A stretch of 59,280 nt of DNA from Anaerolineae bacterium (GCA_027021705.1 JALUTT010000037.1:1-59280), one strand, 5' to 3'; counted from the first letter of the stretch, positions 37,347-48,804 are shown. The notes: generated by a model not told the origin, from the sequence alone. A program made the numbers and translations.

Positions 37347-38298
37347 GCATCCGCAGCGCCCGGTTCGCCTCGGCCAGGGGGAAAGCCTCGACGGTGGTCT
37401 GGATGGGGATCTCGGCGGCCAGTTGGAGCAGCTCCTCGGCATCCCGGCGGGTACTATTGGCGACGCTGCGCACCGTCCGCTCCCAGTAGAGCAGGCGATA
37501 GTCCATCTCCGGGATGGGGCTCATATGGATGCCGGCCAGGGCGACGGTGCCGCCTCGCTCCAGGACACGCAGGGCCTCGTGGACGATCCAGCCGGCCGGG
37601 GCGAAGATGATGGCGCTGTGGAGGGGGGCCGGCGGCGTATCCTGGGCCTGGCCCACCCAGGCCGCTCCCAGCTCTCGGGCCAGGTCCTGGTGGCCCTTAC
37701 TGCGGGTGAAGACGTAGACCTCGCACCCCCAGTGGCGGGCCACCTGGATGGCGATGTGGGCCGAGGCTCCGAAGCCGTAGAGCCCCAGCCGCTGCCCTGG
37801 CTGTACCTGGCTGAGGCGCAGGGCCCGGTAGCCAATGATACCGGCACAGAGGAGGGGGGCCGCCTGGAGGTCGGGGAAGCCCTCGGGGATGGGGTAGGCG
37901 AAGTCGGCGGGCACAACCATGAACTGGGCGAAACCTCCGTTCACATGATAGCCGGTGAAGCGGGCCTCACGGCAGAGGTTTTCCCGGCCACTGCGGCAGA
38001 ACTCACACCGGCCGCAGGTGCTGTAGAGCCAGGGGACGCCTACCCGATCCCCTTCGCGGAAGCGGGTCACGCCCTCCCCCACGGCCTCCACCCGGCCCAC
38101 GATCTGGTGGCCGGGGACGATAGGCAGCCTGGGCAGTGAGAGGTCGCCCTCGACGATGTGAAGGTCGGTGTGGCAGATGCCACAGACCTGGACCTGGAGA
38201 CGGACCTCGCCAGGCCCTGGCGTGGGGACGGGCAACTCCACCAGTTCCAGGGGATTTTCCTCAATCGGCTTGGGTTCAGAGAGGCGCATCGCTTGCAT
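37291..38298 (-). CDS. Zinc-dependent alcohol dehydrogenase family protein
   Basis: CGICHTD, PGHQIVG, CGRCEFC..ENLC, APLLCAG, GFGASA. Confidence 0.92.
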   Translation of the reverse strand: MQAMRLSEPKPIEENPLELVELPVPTPGPGEVRLQVQVCGICHTDLHIVEGDLSLPRLPIVPGHQIVGRVEAVGEGVTRFREGDRVGVPWLYSTCGRCEFCRSGRENLCREARFTGYHVNGGFAQFMVVPADFAYPIPEGFPDLQAAPLLCAGIIGYRALRLSQVQPGQRLGLYGFGASAHIAIQVARHWGCEVYVFTRSKGHQDLARELGAAWVGQAQDTPPAPLHSAIIFAPAGWIVHEALRVLERGGTVALAGIHMSPIPEMDYRLLYWERTVRSVANSTRRDAEELLQLAAEIPIQTTVEAFPLAEANRALRMLKGSRIDGAGVLQIAPGH

Positions 38299-38339
38299 AG
38301 GTATCACCTCGTCCCTCATTGCCTCGGTATTTCCCATCC

Positions 38340-39815
38340 TCACCCCTCCCACCGGACCGGCAGCGTGACGGTGAAGCGGGTGCCCACATCCTGGACGCTC
38401 TCGGCGTGGATGGTGCCGCCGTGGGCTTGGACGATCTCCTTGGCGATGGCCAGCCCCAGCCCCACGCTGCCCGTCCGGCGGCGGGATTTGTCCACCTGGT
38501 AGAAACGCTCGAAGATGCGGGGCAGGTCCTCCTGGGGGATCCCCTGCCCGGTGTCGGTGACGGCCACTTCGATCCGTTTGGTCGGTGGGGCACCGCGCCG
38601 GGAGGGTCGCCCGTCGGGGACCAGCCGAGCGGTCAGTCGGATCTGTCCGCCGGCCGGCGTGTGCTTCAGCGCGTTGTCCAACAGGTTGCTGAAGAGCTGC
38701 ACCAGCCAGTCGCCATCGCCTGGGATGGTCGGGAGCGGGGGCAGTTCGGTGATCAGCGCGATGCCGGCCTCCTCGGCTCGGGGGCGGAAGCGGTCGGCCA
38801 GGTGGCTCAGCAGCGCCGCCAGATCCACCGGCCGGCGGGCCATTTGAACCTGCCCGGACTCCAGCCGGGCCAGGTCCAGAAGTTGGAGGACCATCCGGTG
38901 CATCCGCCCGGCCTCGTCGTAGATGATGGTGGCAGCCCGCTGGATTGCCTCCGGTTCCTCGACCGCTCCATCCAGGATCGCCTGGGCGTAGCCCCGAATG
39001 GCGGTCAGAGGGGTCTTCAGCTCGTGGGAGACGTTGGCCACGAAGTCTCGCTGGGCGTCCCGGCTGGCCCGCACCTGGCGGACCATAGTGTTGAACTCGG
39101 CGGCCAGGGCGTGGACCTCGGCGGGACCTTCCACCGGGACCTCGGTCTGGTAGTCCCCCTGGGCAACCTGGCGGGCAGCCGTGGCCAACTGGCGCAGCGG
39201 GTGCACGATCCAGCGGGTGGTCACCAGGGCCAGGAGCAGGGCGGCCAGGAGTCCGATCCCCAGCCCCAGCCAGAAACGCCCCATCAGCATCGTCTGCAGC
39301 CGATCCAAGAGGGGGGCTAGAGGGGGGGCTCGTTGGGCCAGCAGAAGCCAGGTCTGGCCCTGGGCGGGAAGGGTGAGGGGGGCGGCAGCCGCCAACCACT
39401 GCTGGCGCTCGATCTGAAGACGGCATTGGAGGAGGAAGCCTTCCATTGGCTGGCAGGCTCTGCGCATAGGCAGGAAAGTCTCCTGCAACCGGCCCTCGTT
39501 GTCGGCCAGCACCTTGCCCCGGGCCCCGACGAGGAGGACCCGCGCCCGGGTCTCTTGGGCCAGCCGGTCCATGACAGCGGCCTGGCGGCCGGGGGGGAGG
39601 ATGGGCAGGTCCCTGATGACCGGGCGGGAGGTAACCACTTTGACGAGATCGCTCAGCCGTTGGAGAGCGGTCTGAATGGCCTGGTCCTCCTGCCGGGAGA
39701 GAAGGAAGAGCGTCAGGCCGATGACCAGGAGGCTGGCCACCACCACGACCAGGTGGGAGAGGAGGATGTAGGTCCGCATCGAAGGGGACCGATTCTCGGA
39801 CGGGCTGTGAGACAT
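38340..39815 (-). CDS. HAMP sensor histidine kinase
   Basis: 2 [28 protein letters not shown]. Confidence 0.9.
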   Translation of the reverse strand: MSHSPSENRSPSMRTYILLSHLVVVVASLLVIGLTLFLLSRQEDQAIQTALQRLSDLVKVVTSRPVIRDLPILPPGRQAAVMDRLAQETRARVLLVGARGKVLADNEGRLQETFLPMRRACQPMEGFLLQCRLQIERQQWLAAAAPLTLPAQGQTWLLLAQRAPPLAPLLDRLQTMLMGRFWLGLGIGLLAALLLALVTTRWIVHPLRQLATAARQVAQGDYQTEVPVEGPAEVHALAAEFNTMVRQVRASRDAQRDFVANVSHELKTPLTAIRGYAQAILDGAVEEPEAIQRAATIIYDEAGRMHRMVLQLLDLARLESGQVQMARRPVDLAALLSHLADRFRPRAEEAGIALITELPPLPTIPGDGDWLVQLFSNLLDNALKHTPAGGQIRLTARLVPDGRPSRRGAPPTKRIEVAVTDTGQGIPQEDLPRIFERFYQVDKSRRRTGSVGLGLAIAKEIVQAHGGTIHAESVQDVGTRFTVTLPVRWEG

Positions 39816-39820
39816 AAGGC

Positions 39821-40504
39821 TCAGTCCAGCAGCCGATAGCCGACTCCCCACACCGTCTCGATTTCCACGTCACTGCCCCGTAGCTTCTCCCGCAGGTGGG
39901 CGATGTGGACGTCTACGGTGCGCGTCTGGCCGTAGAAGTCGTAGCCCCAGACCAGGTTGAGCAACTGCTCCCGGCTGAGCACGATCCCTCGGTGCTGAGC
40001 CAGCGTGAGCAGTAGGTCGAATTCCTTGGCTCGCAGCCGCACGGGGCGGCCGGCGATGTGGACCTCGCGGCGGGCCGGATCAATGGTCAGGTCACCGATC
40101 TGGAGGATGTCGCCGACCAGTCCCCGGGGCTGGGTGCGACGCAGGATGGCCTTGACCCGGGCGACCAGCTCGCGGGGGTTGAAGGGCTTGGTCATGTAAT
40201 CGTCGGCCCCCATCTCCAGGCCGACGATCTTGTCCACATCGTCGTCACGGGCGGTGAGCATCAGGATGGGCAGCTCGGCCGTGCGGGGGTCATTCCGTAT
40301 CCGGCGACAGACTTCCCAACCATCCACCTGGGGCAGCATCAGGTCCAGGATCATTAGGGCCGGTCGCTGTCGTCGGACCATCGCCAGGGCGGTCGCGCCA
40401 TCCCCGGCACTGAGCACGCGGAACCCATCCCGCTCCAGGTAGAGGCGGGCCAGGTCCACAATGTGTTGCTCGTCATCTACCACCAGGATCATTTCGCGCT
40501 TCAT
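39821..40504 (-). CDS. OmpR/PhoB family response regulator
   Basis: [29 protein letters not shown]. Confidence 0.93.
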   Translation of the reverse strand: MKREMILVVDDEQHIVDLARLYLERDGFRVLSAGDGATALAMVRRQRPALMILDLMLPQVDGWEVCRRIRNDPRTAELPILMLTARDDDVDKIVGLEMGADDYMTKPFNPRELVARVKAILRRTQPRGLVGDILQIGDLTIDPARREVHIAGRPVRLRAKEFDLLLTLAQHRGIVLSREQLLNLVWGYDFYGQTRTVDVHIAHLREKLRGSDVEIETVWGVGYRLLD

Positions 40505-40637
40505 CCGATTCCTCCCCAATGCTCCGGCTGCCCTTGGAGGGGGTTTTGCTCTGACCCTTGCTTGAAGATTGTACTCCAGGATTGCCGGGCACGCAAGGGG
40601 GGAATCGAACGGTTCAGGGGGCGGGCCGGCCCGGTGG

Positions 40638-41021
40638 TCAGGCGAGGGCGATGGCTTCGATCTCCACCAGCGCCCCCAGGGGGAGGGCTGCGACGCCGAC
40701 GGTAGCCCGGGCCGGTGGACCTTCGGGGAAGAATTCGGCGTAGACGCCGTTCATCGTGGGGAAGTCGTTGAGGTCGGCCATGTAGACAGTCGTCTTGACC
40801 ACCCGGTCCAGGCTGCTGCCGGCCGCCTCCAGGATGGCTCGCAGGTTCTCCAGGGCCTGACGGGTCTGGGCGGCGATGCCCCCTTCGACCATCTGACCGG
40901 TGGCCGGATCCAGGCCGATCTGTCCGGCGACGAAGACGAAGCCGCTGGCGCACACAGCCTGGGAGTAAGGACCGACCGCCTTGGGGGCGTCCGTCGTGGC
41001 GATGATCTGCCGTTCGCTCAT
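40638..41021 (-). CDS. ridA: RidA family reactive intermediate deaminase
   Basis: [24 protein letters not shown]. Confidence 0.9.
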   Translation of the reverse strand: MSERQIIATTDAPKAVGPYSQAVCASGFVFVAGQIGLDPATGQMVEGGIAAQTRQALENLRAILEAAGSSLDRVVKTTVYMADLNDFPTMNGVYAEFFPEGPPARATVGVAALPLGALVEIEAIALA

Positions 41022-41207
41022 AGCGTGCTCTCCTCGCTGGTCTCTGGCAGGGATGAACGGTGGCCCCATTATAGCGGCAGGAGGGGGTCGCGTCAAGGGG
41101 GGGCAAGACCCTACAGGTTACCCTCCGGCCCCCGCCAAAAGGGCGATACAAAGCGCCCCCTTCGCTCTCCTCCCTCAGCCAGGGGGGCACGCCTGGCTGG
41201 CAGCCGG

Positions 41208-42800
41208 TTACCGTAGGCGGCTGCTGTGCCGACGCTTCCAGCGGCGAGCCCCCCACAGACCCAGGACGATGAGCCCCAAGGGGGAGAGGGAGAGGAGGAG
41301 GTCGGCGACATCGTCGTTCTCGGTGTAGATGGCCCGCCGGTCCATCGCTGCCTTGGACCAGATGGGGGGCATCGGCGTGGCCGTTGGGGTGATCGTTGGC
41401 GTCGGTGTTGCCGTGGGGCCGGGCGTCGGCGTGGGCGTCGGAGGTGGGAGCCGGGTGGGAGCGTCTACCGTGCGGCTGCTGTACCAGACCTGGTATTCCC
41501 CCAGTTGCCACAGGTTGTCGCGCACGAACCAGACCACGTGCAGCTGGTTCCCTTGGCTGATGTCCAGCTTGGGGTACTCGGGGAAGCGATCCTCGGGGTA
41601 GACGGCGATGGGCTCCGGCTCCGACCACCTCCGCCCATCCCAGACCAGGTGGTAGACGCCCAGAGGGACAAAGTCGGCCCGGCTGGCGGGGATCTGGGTC
41701 TGTCCGACGGCGACCAGGTGGATCCGACCGGCGCTGTCCGCCTCCATATCGTAGGCATCGAAGGGGATGGTCCAACGGCGGGCGAAGAAGTTGGGGATGG
41801 TCATCGGCCTGGTCCAAGTCAGCCCGTCGTCCTGAGACCAGGTGTAGAAGATCTCCTGGCGGTCGGTGGCCCGCCAGACCAGGAGCACCCCACCCTTGCC
41901 GTCGGCCCCCACGGCCAGTTGGGCGTTGGTGCGGGCGGGGTAGGCGATGGTGTAAGGCTTCGACCAGGTGAGCCCGCCATCCTGGCTGTTCACATAGACG
42001 CCGTACTGAGGCTCTCCGTAGAGGGTCCGTCGGTCCCAGCCGGCGTCCCAGGCCACGTGTAGGGTTCCCCGCGCGTCAATCTCCAGTTGGGCACGGGCAT
42101 CGCCCGTCAAGGGCGTGGGAAAGAGGTCGTAAGGCTCTGACCAGGTCTCCCCGCCGTCGCGGGACTGGCGGTAGAAGATGTCAGCGATGTATTCAGGGAT
42201 GCGGGGTTCCCCCTCCTCACGCGGAGGTTCATCTTCGGGGTCGTGGGGCACCGCCCGGTCGTAGACGACGTGGATGATCCCCTCTTGGTCAATCTCGATG
42301 TCGGACATGTAGACCATCTCATCCATCCGGCGGGAGTTGGACCAGGCCACCGCCACGCTGGCCATATCGGCCGGCACCTTGCGGTAGCGGAAGCCGACGT
42401 TGCCGCCGCCGATGTTGAGGAGGTGGATGTTGGAACTGGCGTCCACGGCGATGGCCGGCCGGGTGATGGCCCCCCGCGTGTTCACGAAGACGACGTCGAG
42501 GGGGAGCCACCATCCCTGCTCATCCAGCCGTGTGTACATCACGTTGTCGTAGCCCTCGTCGGAGTACTCGGCCCAGTACTGGCTGTCCCAGACCACGTGC
42601 ACCCGTCCCGCCGGATCCACGGCGATGTCGGGGAACCAGGAGGTGGGGGTGGTGACGGAGAGGGGGATGGGGGCACTCCAGGGGCTTTCCCCGCCCTCCT
42701 GGGCCAGGACGGCGGGCGGGACGAGACCCACGAGCAGGGCCAGCAGGATGCTCCCTGCGATGATGGACCACCGGTTACTGCGGATGCCTCCAGATCGCAT
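41208..42800 (-). CDS. Secreted, membrane-anchored BNR/sialidase-like beta-propeller
   Basis: SxDGGxTW Asp-boxes, signal peptide, PT linker, C-terminal TM. Confidence 0.75.
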   Translation of the reverse strand: MRSGGIRSNRWSIIAGSILLALLVGLVPPAVLAQEGGESPWSAPIPLSVTTPTSWFPDIAVDPAGRVHVVWDSQYWAEYSDEGYDNVMYTRLDEQGWWLPLDVVFVNTRGAITRPAIAVDASSNIHLLNIGGGNVGFRYRKVPADMASVAVAWSNSRRMDEMVYMSDIEIDQEGIIHVVYDRAVPHDPEDEPPREEGEPRIPEYIADIFYRQSRDGGETWSEPYDLFPTPLTGDARAQLEIDARGTLHVAWDAGWDRRTLYGEPQYGVYVNSQDGGLTWSKPYTIAYPARTNAQLAVGADGKGGVLLVWRATDRQEIFYTWSQDDGLTWTRPMTIPNFFARRWTIPFDAYDMEADSAGRIHLVAVGQTQIPASRADFVPLGVYHLVWDGRRWSEPEPIAVYPEDRFPEYPKLDISQGNQLHVVWFVRDNLWQLGEYQVWYSSRTVDAPTRLPPPTPTPTPGPTATPTPTITPTATPMPPIWSKAAMDRRAIYTENDDVADLLLSLSPLGLIVLGLWGARRWKRRHSSRLR

Positions 42801-42814
42801 CGTCCCTTCCTTGC

Positions 42815-42843
42815 TTGACCAATGGGCTGGGTGTGGTTATAAT
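42815..42843 (+). promoter_or_regulatory. Sigma70 promoter
   Basis: TTGACC-17 bp-TATAAT. Confidence 0.7.
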
Positions 42844-42882
42844 GACGGCACGCGCAAGCCTCGAGTCGCGGAGAGAGAGGGC

Positions 42883-43230
42883 ATGACTTACGACATCTTC
42901 CTTGAAAAGGAACAAAGTAAAGTGCGAGCCTTTGTGATAGGGTGGCCCGACTGGGTGGTCGAAGGCGAGACGGAAGAGATTGCACTGCAGCGGATTCGCC
43001 GGCTCATCCAAGAGCAAATGACCAGGGGCAAAATTGTCCGGATTGAGGTCCCCTCTGCCACCGAGCCTCATCCTTGGCAGCGCTTTGCCGGGATGTGGCG
43101 GGAAGATACCACCTTTGAGCAATTCCAGGCTGAGATCCAGGCATATCGTGTCCAAATGGAGATTGGAGCGTGTAGCTGCACTATCGAAGCACCGGCTGCT
43201 CCGAAGGGGTGGGGGCGGTCCGCCGGGTGA
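42883..43230 (+). CDS. HicB-like antitoxin
   Basis: WPD.VVEGETEE.AL HicB fold; HPWQRFAGMW motif. Confidence 0.7.
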   Translation: MTYDIFLEKEQSKVRAFVIGWPDWVVEGETEEIALQRIRRLIQEQMTRGKIVRIEVPSATEPHPWQRFAGMWREDTTFEQFQAEIQAYRVQMEIGACSCTIEAPAAPKGWGRSAG

Positions 43231-43960
43231 CGCGCCGGCCCCGTAGCTCCCCCAGCCGGGTCTGTACCACGTAGAGCAGGGCCTCGGCCACGATCCGCTT
43301 GGACATCTTCGACTGCCCCACCCGCCGATCCTCGAAGATGATGGGAATCTCGGCGATGCGGAAGCCCAGCCGGTGGGCGTAGTAGACGGTGGCGATCTGA
43401 AAGGCGTAGCCCTGCAGCCGGACCTGGCTCCAGTCAATGGCCTGGAGCACCGCCCGCCGGAAGCACTTGTAGCCGGCCGTGCAGTCCCGCACCGGCAACC
43501 CCAACACCGTCCGGGCAAAAAGGTTCCCACCCCCACTGATGGCCTTGCGCAGCCAGCTCCAGTTGACCGTCCCCCCACCGGCCACATAGCGGGAGCCGAT
43601 GACCAGGTCGTAGGCGCGGATCCTCTCCAGGAAGGTGGGCAGATAGGCCGGGTCGTGGGAGAAGTCGCAGTCCATCTCGAAGACGTACTCGTAGTCCCGT
43701 TCCAGGGCGTAGCGGAAGCCGGCAACGTAGGCCGTGCCCAGCCCCAGCTTGCCGGGCCGGTGCATCACCTTCACCGGCGGAAGCGCAGCCGCCAGCCGAT
43801 CGGCGATCTCCCCCGTCCCGTCCGGCGAGTTGTCGTCAATCACCAGGATGTCGGTGTCCAATCCCAGGGCCAAGATCGCCTCGACCATCGGCTCCAAGTT
43901 GTCGGCTTCGTTGTAGGTGGGAATGATGATCAGGCTGGTCGCCTCGCGCTGCTCACTCAT
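43181..43960 (-). CDS. Polyprenol-monophosphomannose synthase (GT2)
   Basis: IPTYNE, DDNSPDGT, KLGLGTAY, MDCDFSH, GSRY, GYAFQ. Confidence 0.9.
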   Translation of the reverse strand: MSEQREATSLIIIPTYNEADNLEPMVEAILALGLDTDILVIDDNSPDGTGEIADRLAAALPPVKVMHRPGKLGLGTAYVAGFRYALERDYEYVFEMDCDFSHDPAYLPTFLERIRAYDLVIGSRYVAGGGTVNWSWLRKAISGGGNLFARTVLGLPVRDCTAGYKCFRRAVLQAIDWSQVRLQGYAFQIATVYYAHRLGFRIAEIPIIFEDRRVGQSKMSKRIVAEALLYVVQTRLGELRGRRVTRRTAPTPSEQPVLR

Positions 43961-43991
43961 CGTCCTATCCTCCTCGTGTAACCTTCTCGAT

Positions 43992-45557
43992 TCATCCTCC
44001 GGCAGCAAGCTCAACAGCAATCCCTCGCGGTCCCAGTTCCAGCAGCTCCCCCGGCCCCAGGGATAGGTAGGTCATCGTCCCCCCATCCTTCAGCGGCAAC
44101 GTCCGGGCAGCTCCCGAAGCCTGGATAAAGGCATCCAGGTCGGGGTCGAAGAGGACAACGGTCATCCCCGCCTCCAAGCCCAGGTCGGCCGCGCCGTAGC
44201 TCCCGGTGGCGATGCGCCCGCTGTCCGGCCGCCCCTCGTTCACCTCCCACTTGGCCCCCAGGCTGAAGGGAAGCCAGCGGTACTCCGGCAGGTAGTACTG
44301 GACGTGACGCCAACGGGCGGCGACGATGACCGTCCGCTCCGGCGGGAAGGTCTCCCGGATGGCCTGGAAACGGCTCCGGTAGTAGGTGTCGTTGTGCTGC
44401 ACCGTCTGGCGGGTCAGGAGCCGGAAACGCTCGTTGCCCAGCGGGTGCTCCGGCATCAGCAGGAAGATGGCCGCGTTGAGGGCGACGAGCAAGAAGGTAA
44501 AGCGTGAAGCGTGTCGCGGGGGAAGGGCGGCGGCGCTGATCAGCAGCAGCACCGGCAGGTAGACGAAGACGAGACCCTGCTGCCCCATATGGATCAGCGT
44601 GTAGAAGCCCAGGGCGGGCAGGGCCCAGAGGGCCAGGAAGACGACCCGCTCCCCCAGAGCCGGCCGCCGACGGCGGACCAGGACGGCCAGCAGGGCCAGG
44701 CCGAAGGGCAGCGCAGCCATCCCCCAGCCGTAGAGGGTGTACATCGTCAGCTTGCGCAGGTTGCGGATCAGGCCGAAGGTGCCGGCCCCCATGAAGACGG
44801 ACGTGGTGGCGTTGAAGCGGGCGGCGAAGGTGCCCATCACCTCCCGGTAGCGGGCCAGACCGCCGGCCGACTGGACGAGGGGGACGAACCAGGCCAGGCA
44901 GAGGAGGGTGAAGAGGGCCACGGCCAGGGCCACCCGGCGCAGCCCCCGGCCCCACCCATCGCGCCCCACCGTGCCCCGCCAGCCGGCGTAGAGGGCCAGG
45001 GGGGCCAGGAAGACGGCCGTCTGCTGGCGCAGGCCGCCGGCCACGGCCAGGACCACCGCCGAGACCCACAGCGCCCCCCGCTGCCCGCGCATCAGGGCGT
45101 AGAGCGCCCAGGCCGCCAGGATGACGAAGAGGGTGTCCACCGTGTGGGGCAGGGCGATCTCGCCGTAGAACCAGAAGAGGGGGCTGGAGGCCAGGAAGAG
45201 GGCAGCGGCCAGCCCGGTCCGCTCGTCGAAGAGGGCCTGCCCCAACCGGTAGAGGGCGACCACCGCCAGGCCGCTGGCCAGGATGCTCAGCAGGACCATG
45301 CTCACCTGCGCGTCGTGCAGGAAGGCGTCCACCAGCCGCGCCAGCCAGACGTAGAGGATGTAGCCCGGCGGCTGGGGCTGCTCGGCGGCCACGTCGAAGC
45401 GTTGGAGGGCGTAGGCGAAGTTGACCGAATCCCAGTGATAGAGGACTCGGCTGGTGAAGGGAAGGCGGCTCGCCACGGTCCCCAGGAAGAGGACGACCTC
45501 AATCGTGCGGATTGCCCGTCGGCGGTGGCCGGGGGTGTGGGAGGTATCCGTCGGCAT
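43992..45557 (-). CDS. GT-C fold membrane glycosyltransferase
   Basis: WDSVNF..QPQPPGY, multiple TM, SPLFWFYG. Confidence 0.7.
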   Translation of the reverse strand: MPTDTSHTPGHRRRAIRTIEVVLFLGTVASRLPFTSRVLYHWDSVNFAYALQRFDVAAEQPQPPGYILYVWLARLVDAFLHDAQVSMVLLSILASGLAVVALYRLGQALFDERTGLAAALFLASSPLFWFYGEIALPHTVDTLFVILAAWALYALMRGQRGALWVSAVVLAVAGGLRQQTAVFLAPLALYAGWRGTVGRDGWGRGLRRVALAVALFTLLCLAWFVPLVQSAGGLARYREVMGTFAARFNATTSVFMGAGTFGLIRNLRKLTMYTLYGWGMAALPFGLALLAVLVRRRRPALGERVVFLALWALPALGFYTLIHMGQQGLVFVYLPVLLLISAAALPPRHASRFTFLLVALNAAIFLLMPEHPLGNERFRLLTRQTVQHNDTYYRSRFQAIRETFPPERTVIVAARWRHVQYYLPEYRWLPFSLGAKWEVNEGRPDSGRIATGSYGAADLGLEAGMTVVLFDPDLDAFIQASGAARTLPLKDGGTMTYLSLGPGELLELGPRGIAVELAAGG

Positions 45558-45559
45558 AG

Positions 45560-47284
45560 CTACTCCGGTGTGCTGAGCAGGACCCGGTAGACGGCGGTGC
45601 CTGCTTCCTCGAAAACGGGCTCCAGGAAGGGGGCGCGGTCGGGCTCGTAGGCCCCCAGGGCCCGCTCGGCCGGCCCGTAGAAGACGTAGTCCACGCCGTA
45701 GCGTGTCAGCAACTGCCGCCGCTCCTCGTCGGGCGTGTCGGCCTGGAAGAAGCGCTGCACCATCGCCCGCTTCGCCACGAAGTCCATCGTCATCACCGCG
45801 TTGGAGAGGAAGGCCCGCGTCCCGGCCAGACCGGGGATGAAGTGGCCCGGCGTGAAGGCGCTGAGCACCACGTCGTCGGGATCGGCGTTGGTCTCCAGCC
45901 AGCGGATGGCGGCGATCTCCCCCTGGCTCAGGTAGAAGGGGTAGTCGTGGCGGCGCAGCTCGACGAAGCGCCAGGCGAAGAGGTAGAGGTTGGTGGGCAG
46001 GACGGCCAACAGGAAGAGGGCCGGTACCCACCGGACCAGCCGCCTCCGGGAGGGCCAGCGTGCCCGCAGCCAGGGGAGCAGGCGGTCGAAGAGGGCGTCG
46101 GTGACCAAGGCGGCCAGGACGAATTGGAAGCCGGTCAGCAGCATAATGGCAAAGTGCAGCGGCAGGTAGAGGATCACCAGGTTGACCGGAAACCAGCCCT
46201 TCAGGAAGAGGTCCCGCTCGCTCTGGTCGAGCAGGCCCCGCAGGCTGGTCAGCCAGTGGACCAGGGCCACGAGGAAGGTGAGCCCTAGCAGGATGGTCAG
46301 GTGGAGAGGGTCGGGTGTGAAAGCCCCCAGGTTGTCGTACTGCTGGAGCGCCTTCCGCCAGAGGGGGTTGGCGGGGGAGGCGACCCAGCCGAAGTAGAGG
46401 GGGGCGGGCAGGGAGACCAGGACGATGGTCGCCATCTGCAGGAAGGGGCGCAGGTCGGTCGGCCAGAGGTCGGCGAGCTTCCTCACGCCGCGCTTCCGGT
46501 ACTGGCGGAGGAGGAGGAGCAGGCCGTAGGCGGCCAGGGCGGTCCAGACGGTCACCAGGTCGTAGATGTGGCCCAGGCCGAGGAAAAGGGCCAGGCCGGC
46601 CGCGGCCAGCGTGCGTCGCCAGCAGCCCCGCGTCACCCCGCTCCAGGCCAACCCCAACGTCCCCACCGTCAGGGCCAGGGCCAGCGTCAGGTGGGGCGAG
46701 GCGACCATCACCCAGAAGCTGTTGCCCGGGGTCGTGTAGAGGTCGTGGGGGTAGAGGACGTCGGAGAGGCCCAGGGCGTACTTGTGGACGACCCAGACCC
46801 AGCCCAGCCCCGAGGTCAGCGTCGTCAGCCAGAAGGCGAAGCGCCGCTTGCGCGGGTCGGCGAAGAAGAGGCCACTGACCCACCAGAGGAGGGCCACGTA
46901 GAGGGGCACGGAGAGGAGGCGGAAGGCCAGGTAGGCCCGGATGGGGCTCCAGCCCAGGATGCCGGCCACCCGCCCCGGGATCCACCAGTGCAGGTTGATG
47001 AAGATGGCCGGCGTCGGTTCGGCGGTCATCTTGTTATCGGTGAGGAGCCGCCGGCCCGCCTCCCGCATCCAGGAGAGGTACTGGGTGGTGTCGTGCATGT
47101 TGTAGACGACGCCGCTGAACCAGCGGTCGGGCGGCGCGGAGAGATAGCCGAAGAGGGTCGGCAGCGCCGTCACCGCCAGCAGGATCAGCGAGATCGCCAG
47201 GACCGGCCAGGCCCCTGCCAGCGCCCTGCCGAGGGTGCCGGGGAGGGCCGGGCGGATGGCGGGAAGCCGCAGGGCGGTGGTCAA
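45560..47284 (-). CDS. Polytopic membrane protein, probable GT-C glycosyltransferase
   Basis: HDTTQYLSWM, many TM, C-terminal WL..N..DVVL..YGVDYVFYG; start uncertain (TTG overlapping the upstream stop). Confidence 0.65.
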   Translation of the reverse strand: MTTALRLPAIRPALPGTLGRALAGAWPVLAISLILLAVTALPTLFGYLSAPPDRWFSGVVYNMHDTTQYLSWMREAGRRLLTDNKMTAEPTPAIFINLHWWIPGRVAGILGWSPIRAYLAFRLLSVPLYVALLWWVSGLFFADPRKRRFAFWLTTLTSGLGWVWVVHKYALGLSDVLYPHDLYTTPGNSFWVMVASPHLTLALALTVGTLGLAWSGVTRGCWRRTLAAAGLALFLGLGHIYDLVTVWTALAAYGLLLLLRQYRKRGVRKLADLWPTDLRPFLQMATIVLVSLPAPLYFGWVASPANPLWRKALQQYDNLGAFTPDPLHLTILLGLTFLVALVHWLTSLRGLLDQSERDLFLKGWFPVNLVILYLPLHFAIMLLTGFQFVLAALVTDALFDRLLPWLRARWPSRRRLVRWVPALFLLAVLPTNLYLFAWRFVELRRHDYPFYLSQGEIAAIRWLETNADPDDVVLSAFTPGHFIPGLAGTRAFLSNAVMTMDFVAKRAMVQRFFQADTPDEERRQLLTRYGVDYVFYGPAERALGAYEPDRAPFLEPVFEEAGTAVYRVLLSTPE

Positions 47285-48804
47285 GGGGATGCCGACGGGC
47301 TCGCCTCCCGGCGCAGGGGCCGGCCGGCGACCGTCCCCCCCAGGGGAGCGTTCCGACAGGTGATCCACAGCGTACCTCCGATGACCAGCAAGGGCAGGAT
47401 CAGGCTGGCCCACGATTTCAGCCCTAGGGCCATCCCCAGGTTGCGGGCGATGTCGCCCCGGGCGAACTTGGGCCAGAAGAAGTCCACCAGCGGGTTGGCA
47501 ATGGTGATGGGGGCCAGCTCCTGGCCGGAGACGCTGATCACCCAGGTGATGCCGAAGGAGAGGAGCATCAGCCCGCCGGTCAGGGCGAGCCCCCGCCCCT
47601 GCCAGGAGCGCAGCGCGAAGGCGATGGCGACGGACAGGAAGGGGAGGGTGATCAGCAGGTTGCGCGGCCCCAGGGCGAAGCCCCCCCGCCAGTCGTACCA
47701 GGCGGAGATGAGGCCGAACTGGGCCAGGACGATGCCCAGCAGCAGCACCGCCTCGGCCCGCCAGCGGCGATCCCGCAGGCCGTACCAGAAGCCGGGCAGG
47801 GCCAAGAGCAGGAAGGGAGACATAAAGAAGAGCCCCCGGTAAGGACTGAAGGTGATCCCCCACAGAGCCTCCAGGCTGGGCTTGCTGAAGCCCAGGAAAC
47901 CGGTGTTGGAGATCTCCGGGAACTTGCCCAGGTACTTGTAGCTGGAGGTGAAGGGGGAGCCGAAGCAGGCGTTGTTGTAGTAGCCCAGGAGCAGGGCGAA
48001 GGGGAGGCCGGCCAGCCCGACGCGGGCGAGGGCGGCCACGAGGCCCCGCCTGTTGGCCGTCCCCAGCCGCTCCCGCAGGAACCAGAGGGCGTAGAGCCCC
48101 AGGCCGGCGGTGGGGAAGAGGGCGGGGAACTCCACCAGGACGGCCAGCCCCATCAACCCGCCCACGGCCCAGAGCCAGCCCAGCCCTAGCTCGCCCCGGC
48201 GCATTCGGTAGAGCAGGACAAAGGCGGCGAAGAGGAAGACGGCGGCGATCTGGTGGCCGTAGAAGACGCTGGAGTAGGGGAAGACGACGGTGGCCAGGCC
48301 GTAGGCCAGGACCAGGACCACCCGCCGACGGCGGCTCTCCAGGATGCGCCCTAGGGAGAGGTAGAGGAGCCCGCCCAACAGCGCCGAGGGGAGGGAGACG
48401 GTGGTGAAGGTGGCGACGTAGAGGGCGGCGGCGAAGTAGACCTTCTCCTCCAGCAGCCCCGTCCCCCCCTCCCGCAGGGTGGCGGCCAGGGCCTCCGTGG
48501 AACTGAGCCGCTTCAGGAGGGCGCGGGCCGGCGGGGTGTCGGCCACCTGACGGAAGGCGAAGTAGACGGGCACGGCCAGGAAGGAGGTGCCCGGCGCTTT
48601 GTCCGTGTAGATGTGGCCGCCGTAGACGGCGTAGTCGCCCGTGTTGGTGTAGTAGTCGTCAATGGCGAAGGTGCCCTGCTCGACGATGGCCAGCGTCAGG
48701 TCCAGCCGGGAGTTCTGGTTCCAGTCGGCCCAGCGCGGGAAGATGTAGGCGTAGCAGAAGAGCAGGGCCAGGCTCAGCAGGAGGGCGGTCTTCCTCTCGC
48801 TCAT
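47281..48804 (-). CDS. Polytopic membrane protein, probable GT-C glycosyltransferase
   Basis: NQNSRLDLT, YTDKAPG, GLFFMSP, WRGG..GPR. Confidence 0.65.
   Translation of the reverse strand: MSERKTALLLSLALLFCYAYIFPRWADWNQNSRLDLTLAIVEQGTFAIDDYYTNTGDYAVYGGHIYTDKAPGTSFLAVPVYFAFRQVADTPPARALLKRLSSTEALAATLREGGTGLLEEKVYFAAALYVATFTTVSLPSALLGGLLYLSLGRILESRRRRVVLVLAYGLATVVFPYSSVFYGHQIAAVFLFAAFVLLYRMRRGELGLGWLWAVGGLMGLAVLVEFPALFPTAGLGLYALWFLRERLGTANRRGLVAALARVGLAGLPFALLLGYYNNACFGSPFTSSYKYLGKFPEISNTGFLGFSKPSLEALWGITFSPYRGLFFMSPFLLLALPGFWYGLRDRRWRAEAVLLLGIVLAQFGLISAWYDWRGGFALGPRNLLITLPFLSVAIAFALRSWQGRGLALTGGLMLLSFGITWVISVSGQELAPITIANPLVDFFWPKFARGDIARNLGMALGLKSWASLILPLLVIGGTLWITCRNAPLGGTVAGRPLRREASPSASP

Noticed and set aside
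37291..39873. 860-aa ORF suggesting a large ADH fusion
   Set aside because: The N-terminal part is an off-frame overlap of the kinase; the ADH has its own RBS and ATG at 38298
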